Shown: piece after piece, positions 58,058 through 64,000 of the stretch
Position numbering within the stretch: position 1 is the stretch's first letter
How the letters are laid out: the number at the start of each line of letters is the position of its first letter
DNA from: a virus
Taxonomy: Duplodnaviria; Caudoviricetes
DNA length: 64,000 nt
Strand: one strand, 5' to 3'
Virus record (IMG/VR): IMGVR_UViG_3300033067_001009
Location: 1-64,000 of that record
The notes under the pieces: model-generated
Database searches by the model: none
Told to the model about the DNA's origin: nothing
The model's input: only the letters and a program-made list of their open reading frames with translations
Program-made: the position numbers and the translations under genes

Positions 58058-58345
58058 TTATCCTCTTAACTTTACCAGCAACGCTTTCGCGTCACCGAAT
58101 GCTTTTAATACCGCAGTGTCCAGCGCCGACTCGACACTGTCGAATGCGGGTACTACCCGTACAGTGGAGCACCCGATAGCGTCTACCAGCGCCTTGAGTG
58201 TCGACACTAGAGCGCTGTAATTGTTGATTGCCTCTTCAAGAAAGAGAGCCTCGCCTTTCGGCAGCTCCGAGCAATCGACGATGATCTTGTTTGTGGCATC
58301 CTCGATTGTTTCGCAGCTACCGTAGTATTTAACCGGAAGTATCAT
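58058..58345 (-). CDS. hypothetical protein
   Basis: Coupled ORF. Confidence 0.55.
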   Translation of the reverse strand: MILPVKYYGSCETIEDATNKIIVDCSELPKGEALFLEEAINNYSALVSTLKALVDAIGCSTVRVVPAFDSVESALDTAVLKAFGDAKALLVKLRG

Positions 58346-58803
58346 ACATCCTCCTCATCGAACAGTTTGAGCTGTACGTTCGGCTGGAGCTTTAGCACAT
58401 CCTCGTTGTCCGTCTCTATCGTGTACTCGACGTCGACGAATACACGGGGTACGTTTGTCCAGACGACATCTTCGTAATCCAGCCGATTGAGCGGGTACTG
58501 GAAAAGAATCTGGATGCGCTCCATATCCTCGGGAGTAGGTTCCTTATGGTAGCATTTCATCATCTCGCCCATCTTGGAAGCCCAGACCAATTCATAGGCC
58601 AGACCTCTCAGCCGGTCGAGATTCTCTCGGGACTGGGTGGCTGCGGTGATCTGGCACATTTCCCAGACCGCAATCAGCAGATCACGATTCGCTAGGCTCT
58701 CGTCGAGCGAGTACCTGAACTTGTGCTCGTCTGCCACTCTGTCCATAAATTCGATGACCCGTTTGTGCATCGGGTCTGATTCAGGTTTGAACAGTGTCAT
58801 CAC
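58342..58803 (-). CDS. hypothetical protein
   Basis: Coupled ORF. Confidence 0.6.
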   Translation of the reverse strand: MMTLFKPESDPMHKRVIEFMDRVADEHKFRYSLDESLANRDLLIAVWEMCQITAATQSRENLDRLRGLAYELVWASKMGEMMKCYHKEPTPEDMERIQILFQYPLNRLDYEDVVWTNVPRVFVDVEYTIETDNEDVLKLQPNVQLKLFDEEDV

Positions 58804-59008
58804 TCACCTCCCGTATAGCGCACTTGAAACATTCTGCGCGTATTGGGTACAGCGACTCAGACCCGAGTGTAGTTCCGACGAACGTTACTACACACAGGAA
58901 CCTAGTGCCGTTGAAAATCATATCACCAGCCTCGACGTATTCGGTCGGCATCAGCATACGATAACCCTCCGGTATTTCCACCTCGCCTGTCAGTCGAAAT
59001 ATTGTCAT
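58781..59008 (-). CDS. small hypothetical protein
   Basis: GAGGTGAG RBS. Confidence 0.5.
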   Translation of the reverse strand: MTIFRLTGEVEIPEGYRMLMPTEYVEAGDMIFNGTRFLCVVTFVGTTLGSESLYPIRAECFKCAIREVSDDTVQT

Positions 59009-59023
59009 AGCTACTCACCTCAC

Positions 59024-59800
59024 TTATCCATCATACTTTAGGCTTACTTTGTGCTTGTTGTAGTAATTGAAGATGTCCTCGATCAGTGCTAGATACTGAT
59101 CCACCGACGCGCACTTGCAAATAGCTGCCGGACGGGTCTGCAACTTCTGCACGAACTTCCGGTGATTGAACTTTTTATTGCCCATAACTTTCAGGTAGGC
59201 CGATACGAAGTTACGGTCACGGTATCCCTTGAAGTACGGCGCGATCTCCTCGATCAAACGTGCCTTGCGCTCTGCTTCGGCCAGATCGGCAACCACCAGC
59301 TGACCTCCGATGAACAAGTCACTCAGCTTGCCGTGACCACGCTCCGTCGAATGCAGCAGCTCGACCGTAATAACGTGCGGGAATTTGTACCGCGCTTTGA
59401 AATCTCGATAAATAACGTAGTTGTTATTTCCGCTGTCGATGTATGAGCTGGCGTAATCGTCCGATGTCCATTTACGCTTAATGACGTTGAACCGTTGGAT
59501 GTGCTCAAGCGTATAGTCCGGCTCAACGTAGTAGAACACTATTTCGTTGAGCCGCTTGCGAGCTTCGAGTGTGTGCTGCCCGTCGATCACCTCATTATCC
59601 TTATTGATAACGATGGGGATGCACAAATCGTTTGCCTGAATAGCTGCCATAATGCTTTTGATATGCTTCTCTACTAAGGCTCTGTTGCCTTTAACGTGTT
59701 TGAACATATCGTAATCCGTGGTCATCTCTATCGTCCTGTTGATAACCGGCTCGGTCGCCGGTTTTTTGGTATTTTTCTTTGTCATATAGTCTAGCCTCAC
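59024..59800 (-). CDS. ParB/Srx N-terminal-domain protein (start may be 59785)
   Basis: KGNRAL...IPIVINKDNEVIDGQHTLEA. Confidence 0.75.
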   Translation of the reverse strand: MRLDYMTKKNTKKPATEPVINRTIEMTTDYDMFKHVKGNRALVEKHIKSIMAAIQANDLCIPIVINKDNEVIDGQHTLEARKRLNEIVFYYVEPDYTLEHIQRFNVIKRKWTSDDYASSYIDSGNNNYVIYRDFKARYKFPHVITVELLHSTERGHGKLSDLFIGGQLVVADLAEAERKARLIEEIAPYFKGYRDRNFVSAYLKVMGNKKFNHRKFVQKLQTRPAAICKCASVDQYLALIEDIFNYYNKHKVSLKYDG

Positions 59801-61581
59801 TTCATCCAGCAGTCGTGGATGCCTCCCTCCAGTGTGATCGGTATATTCGGAACGACTTCCTCTGCGGCCAGTCGTCCCTCTTCTTTAATCAGCGGACTCA
59901 GTTCTTCCGCTACTGCTTCCGGCACTTCCCACAAGCCCTCATCGTGGACGGTGTTGACCAAGGCAGCCTCCGGATATTTATGGAACACACGTGTGATCCA
60001 CAGCTTCATTGCGTCGGCGTTCGTCGACTGGATCGGGAAGTTCTTGGATGCTTGCATCGCTTTGAACTCCTCGGTGTCGTTACGCTTCCAGTGCGGAAGC
60101 GCCCGAACCCGCCCTGACGGTGTGCGTACACAGTTGTACGTCTTGAAGTAACGGAACTGGCCGTTATGCCAGCGGACGATGTCCGGATGGTCGGCGTAGT
60201 ATTTCTTTAACCTGCGCTTCGCATCATCGCGCTCGATCCCCAGCTTGGCAGCCAGCCCGTCAGCGCCCAGCCCGTACGGCACACCGAAGTTGACCGGCTT
60301 GATGTCCTGCCGCATCTGAGCGGTCACTTCCTCGAACGGTACACCGTACTGGAGAGCAGCGTTGACTGCGTGTACGTCTACCTTGTTGGCGAACGCATCG
60401 CAGAAGTACCGGTCGTTGGTGAACTGGGCAAGGATACGCAGCTCAAACTGGGAGTAATCGTACCCGATGAATTTGTGACCATCGGCAGGGATGAATGCCG
60501 CTCGCCTTTCCGAATCCCGTGGGATGTTTTGCAGGTTCGGCTGGCTCGACGAGAACCGTTGGGTGTTGGTGTCGTTCTGGTTGAAGTTGGAGTGTATTCG
60601 TCCGGTCACCGGATGGATGTGCTCCAAGAACGAGAACCCGTAGGTCGAGACATCCTTGGCGTAGTCCGAGTATTCGAGATACTTGAGCAGCGCCGGTCGG
60701 TAATCCCTGCGGACACCGAACAGGTCGATCGTCTCTTCGTAGTTCTCTATCAGCTCGGCTATCATTCCTTTCGCTCGGCTCTTGATGTTGAGGCCGGTCA
60801 TATCCGACAGCAGCTTCCACATCTGGGGATCGGAGTTCAGGTTGACATCTCCGAATCCGAACTCGTGTCGGAGTGAGTGCTCGATCAGATGGAGTTGATC
60901 CTTGTCACGCTCGGCCATATCCATCCACTTCTGCCGGTCGACTCGGATACCGTTCAGTTCAAGCTGGGCGACAGCCGGTAGGCAGTCCATCTCCAGTATT
61001 CCGACCCGCTGCAAGTTGTTGGCGTTGATCGCTTCGCAGAGCTGACGGTACGAGGGGATCAGAGCGGCAGCGTCGAGAGCTGCGTATATCAGCTGCTCTT
61101 TGTAGAAAGGCTTTCCCCAGTCATAGGTCTGCTCGGACTTGTCCATCTCCAGTGTACAGCAATCGTACGCTACATCCTTGAGCTTGGAACCAACTGGTAA
61201 CCCACCCTTGACCAGCTTGTGCGCGACTCGGGTACAGAACAGAGCGCGTACGGTTCTCAGGTCGAGTCCGAAGTAGGTCGCCATAAACTCCAGATCGAAC
61301 TTGCCGTTGTGCATTACCTTGACCAGTCTCGGACTGGCGAGCATCGGCAGCAGGAACTCGGCCACTGGAGCTTTCGGCAGGTGCTGCATATCCAGTACGA
61401 ACGTCCGCTCGACGTTGGATATTTGGACGAGCCGAATCTTCCCGACCAGCGGGTCGAGACCATCGTTCTTCTTGGCACCGTACGTCTCGGTATCAATTCC
61501 GAACAGCGTGTACTTATCGAGCGACTCACGAACCCTGCCGAGGTTCTGCCAGTCACTGACGTACGTTATTGTTGTCTTCAT
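59797..61581 (-). CDS. polA: family A DNA polymerase with 3'-5' exonuclease
   Basis: Exonuclease motifs DTET, HNGKFDL, YAALDA; polymerase motifs DYSQFELRILA, KPVNFGVPYG, VHDE. Confidence 0.95.
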   Translation of the reverse strand: MKTTITYVSDWQNLGRVRESLDKYTLFGIDTETYGAKKNDGLDPLVGKIRLVQISNVERTFVLDMQHLPKAPVAEFLLPMLASPRLVKVMHNGKFDLEFMATYFGLDLRTVRALFCTRVAHKLVKGGLPVGSKLKDVAYDCCTLEMDKSEQTYDWGKPFYKEQLIYAALDAAALIPSYRQLCEAINANNLQRVGILEMDCLPAVAQLELNGIRVDRQKWMDMAERDKDQLHLIEHSLRHEFGFGDVNLNSDPQMWKLLSDMTGLNIKSRAKGMIAELIENYEETIDLFGVRRDYRPALLKYLEYSDYAKDVSTYGFSFLEHIHPVTGRIHSNFNQNDTNTQRFSSSQPNLQNIPRDSERRAAFIPADGHKFIGYDYSQFELRILAQFTNDRYFCDAFANKVDVHAVNAALQYGVPFEEVTAQMRQDIKPVNFGVPYGLGADGLAAKLGIERDDAKRRLKKYYADHPDIVRWHNGQFRYFKTYNCVRTPSGRVRALPHWKRNDTEEFKAMQASKNFPIQSTNADAMKLWITRVFHKYPEAALVNTVHDEGLWEVPEAVAEELSPLIKEEGRLAAEEVVPNIPITLEGGIHDCWMK

Positions 61582-61625
61582 TAATTGACCTCCTCACAAT
61601 ATCTTATCTGAGATTCCCAGATGAG

Positions 61626-61907
61626 TCAACTCTTCTTACGGTCGTTCTTGGCTATCGAGTCCGTCATAATCAAGTACTTCTCCAGCTCGGAGTCCAAGAC
61701 CGCGCCCTCGTACTTGGTGAAATCTCCCTGCTCGTTGATCTCGAACAGCCCGTTCACCTTTGTATCGAAGACGATCACACGGATGTAGTCCTTGTTGAAA
61801 TGGTTTACTTTCTTCTGAAACGAGTCGATTGCGATCTTGGCATCGTTGCTGTACATCCGCGCTATCGAAGCGATTCGACCTATTTGAATTTTATTTAGTG
61901 TTTTCAT
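61626..61907 (-). CDS. hypothetical protein
   Basis: Likely start MKTLNK with GGAGG RBS, next to a palindrome copy. Confidence 0.6.
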   Translation of the reverse strand: MKTLNKIQIGRIASIARMYSNDAKIAIDSFQKKVNHFNKDYIRVIVFDTKVNGLFEINEQGDFTKYEGAVLDSELEKYLIMTDSIAKNDRKKS

Positions 61908-62006
61908 AATCCTCCTGCCTTGAGTGTCGACACTGAAAGAGGGTGGGGCATCACCCCCACCCTCACTTTGGAGACAAGCGTATGTCAAACGCTCAAGGGA
62001 AACTTT

Positions 62007-62357
62007 TTATAAATTGACCGGCCTCGGGGCGATGCTAATACCGTGCTTGCTGGCACTGATCGCAACCTTGCCGCTGAAACATTCCGCAAACTTTTTCTGG
62101 AACTCGGAATCCGACAGCCGTGATTTCTTATCACCACCGTCGATCCAGTTCAGATGCCGTCCCGTCGTACTGCGCCAATCGTTCTCGTGAACGTACGTAC
62201 TGCCGTGGTATCTGAACGCGACGAGCGTACTGTACGAGAACCAGAACGTGAACCCCATCGTCTGAATCTTTAGGGTATGCCGACCGTAGCCCGCACCCGA
62301 GTAATCTCCGTAGCTTTCGATGCTGGTCACACCCAGCACATCTTCCGGACTGCTCAT
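62007..62357 (-). CDS. conserved phage hypothetical protein
   Basis: FWFSYSTLVAF...NDWRSTTGRHLNWID pattern. Confidence 0.65.
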   Translation of the reverse strand: MSSPEDVLGVTSIESYGDYSGAGYGRHTLKIQTMGFTFWFSYSTLVAFRYHGSTYVHENDWRSTTGRHLNWIDGGDKKSRLSDSEFQKKFAECFSGKVAISASKHGISIAPRPVNL

Positions 62358-62464
62358 TATTTTTTCCTCCTGAAATTCAAGATGGCAGTTATCACGAAGA
62401 TAACTGCCACGATAACGAATGCGTACACCTCGAACAGATGGTGCCGCAGCCACTGTGAAAACAT
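62357..62464 (-). CDS. very small membrane protein
   Basis: One TM segment, basic tail, TAATG coupling. Confidence 0.45.
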   Translation of the reverse strand: MFSQWLRHHLFEVYAFVIVAVIFVITAILNFRRKK

Positions 62465-62474
62465 TTGAACCCCC

Positions 62475-63443
62475 TTATAATTTGACGGGACGAGCCTTGA
62501 CTTCGACCCAGTTCGAGATCGAGCTGGTGATCTCGGACAACCCACGTTCGATGGCGACCTTGGTTTCGAGGTTGTTGCGGATCGCGTCGGGCGACACGCC
62601 GGAGAGAAGTTGCTGCGCCTTGGTCACCGCTTCCCGCATCTCGGTGTCGTTCGTCAGGTCTTTCGCCGGAAACGTGGCGAGGAAGTCACGGACGGTTTCG
62701 ACGTAGCCGGACTTGAACGTCTTGCGTTCTCCACGTCCGATCCCTCTGATCTTGTCGAGCATCGTCTCGACGATCTCGACGAACCCGACCCGCAGAGCGC
62801 CTCTGATCTGTGCCATATCTTCCTGTACACGTGCTCTGTCCTCTTCGACCAGCTTGGCGTGGAGCTTCGGGTCAATGTCCTTGAGTTTGTCCGGCACGGA
62901 GACGGATAGCAGCCGGTATGAGATCGAGAACTTGGAGCGGATCGCTTCCTTGCTCGGGTAGTCGGACTGCTTGAACACGGACGGGTTCCGCATCTCGACC
63001 TCACGCACCGCACGATCCCAGTTGTCGATCAAGTCGTTGACCAGTCGACCCCGCTCTTTCTCGTACAGTTCGATCATCTTGAGAGCGTGACCGACCAGCA
63101 TATTCGGCAGCAGCACCATCCCGTTACCGGCGAATGCGCTGCGGAGGGAGAGAGCGTTGAGTCGTCGCTTCATATGAGAGTCGTGCTTCGAGATCGCTTC
63201 GACGTACGTCTTGTCGATCAGTCTGGTGGTAGTCGAGATCAGATTGGTGTCGATACCCTCGTCGTTGATAAGCTCGTCGGAGTTGACGGTCTTCTTGAAC
63301 TCCGTCCCGTTGATGGTAAATTTTAACAGCATCGTGTTGTTCGGGATGACCTCACGATCTGCGGTGTTGATAACCTCGGTCGGTGTTTCTGCGAATGATT
63401 GGAACGAATCGAAAAATAAGTTGTCATTAGCTTCGGTAGCCAT
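62475..63443 (-). CDS. DUF3150-like protein
   Basis: NGMVLLP...YPSKEAIRSKFSISY pattern; all-helical. Confidence 0.6.
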   Translation of the reverse strand: MATEANDNLFFDSFQSFAETPTEVINTADREVIPNNTMLLKFTINGTEFKKTVNSDELINDEGIDTNLISTTTRLIDKTYVEAISKHDSHMKRRLNALSLRSAFAGNGMVLLPNMLVGHALKMIELYEKERGRLVNDLIDNWDRAVREVEMRNPSVFKQSDYPSKEAIRSKFSISYRLLSVSVPDKLKDIDPKLHAKLVEEDRARVQEDMAQIRGALRVGFVEIVETMLDKIRGIGRGERKTFKSGYVETVRDFLATFPAKDLTNDTEMREAVTKAQQLLSGVSPDAIRNNLETKVAIERGLSEITSSISNWVEVKARPVKL

Positions 63444-63460
63444 AATTGTAATCTCCTAGT

Positions 63461-63727
63461 TTAGCACTCTTGAAATACTGCCGCTAACGCCGCAGCGATC
63501 TCGTCGGCAGCCTTGACCACGTCCGTATCTCCGAATATCTCGGCATACCCTCCGACAGAGTATCCGAGGAGCTGGTAGAATTGCTCACGGTCTTCCTGCG
63601 GGAACGGTATGGCCTCAATCATATTTAGGTCAACACGGCTGTGGGTAGCCAATAAGAACCGGACAATCTTGTTGACCTTGAACCGAGCGGTTCCGTGCTC
63701 GTCCAAGTACACATCCTGCATAGGCAT
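63461..63727 (-). CDS. conserved phage hypothetical protein
   Basis: RFKVNKIVRFLL...LNMI...EDREQFYQLLGYS. Confidence 0.65.
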   Translation of the reverse strand: MPMQDVYLDEHGTARFKVNKIVRFLLATHSRVDLNMIEAIPFPQEDREQFYQLLGYSVGGYAEIFGDTDVVKAADEIAAALAAVFQEC

Positions 63728-63729
63728 AG

Positions 63730-63930
63730 TTATTCGCCCTCCTCTTGGCCTTGAGTGTCGCCACTCAAAGCAAGCCTGTTAAAGAATCTCTTACGGCGCT
63801 CACGGTCTCCGTCGTTGACCTCCGACCAGCCGCATCTTACCTTGGAGATCGGCTCCTCGCCATCTTCCAAGAACAGTTTATTGCGCCACCAGATCAACCC
63901 CAGCTCCCGTTCGAGCGACGGTAGGTTCAT
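63730..63930 (-). CDS. small hypothetical protein
   Basis: Coupled ORF. Confidence 0.5.
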   Translation of the reverse strand: MNLPSLERELGLIWWRNKLFLEDGEEPISKVRCGWSEVNDGDRERRKRFFNRLALSGDTQGQEEGE

Positions 63931-64000
63931 CCGGCCATAGTATTCGGCAGACGTGGGGTTCTGCGGAAAGCGACGGAGGCAGATGACGGCCAGCAGCGCA

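Larger units (their letters stand above)
3701..63766. repeat. dispersed 14-bp palindrome GAGTGTCGACACTC
   Basis: Perfect copies start at 7137, 17289, 18667, 22920, 28482, 33152, 35384, 38162, 45748, 48773, 54233. One-mismatch copies start at 3701, 13656, 26133, 42314, 51479, 57369, 58196, 61922, 63753. The 10-bp core alone occurs at 44058 and 46749. Confidence 0.97.

Noticed and set aside
1-64000. Integrase, reverse transcriptase/DGR, Cas genes, DNA methyltransferase, primase
   Set aside because: No supporting motifs found in this window; they could lie outside it.

Overview
The window is most of the genome of an uncharacterised tailed dsDNA phage. It probably has a short tail and a Gram-negative host (inferred from the large putative ejection proteins, no obvious tape measure, a lipoprotein in the lysis module and sigma70-type promoters). 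The + strand arm (4.1-46.1 kb) carries a TerS-like gene, GroES, TerL, portal, scaffold, capsid, tail/fibre genes, a lysis module and a 3866-aa polyvalent protein (SLT, GHKL ATPase, two HExxH motifs, LPD38). The - strand arm (46.1-64 kb and 1-3.5 kb) carries replication/recombination genes (PolA, DnaB, HTH initiator-like, Rad52-like SSAP, RusA, ParB-like, intein-split ThyX, Topo VI-A-like Toprim) and many orphans. The strongest unexplained signal is the 14-bp palindrome GAGTGTCGACACTC. By eye it occurs 11 times perfectly and 9 times with one mismatch, about every 3 kb, both between genes and inside genes in different reading frames. Other leads: three fibre/spike-like proteins with Sec-type signal peptides, a C-terminal Hint domain on a tail-region protein, a tRNA-like leader, a ~500-nt structured leader, and a likely cis-antisense RNA over the leader of the initiator-like gene. 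All domain calls come from motif recognition by eye; no searches were run.
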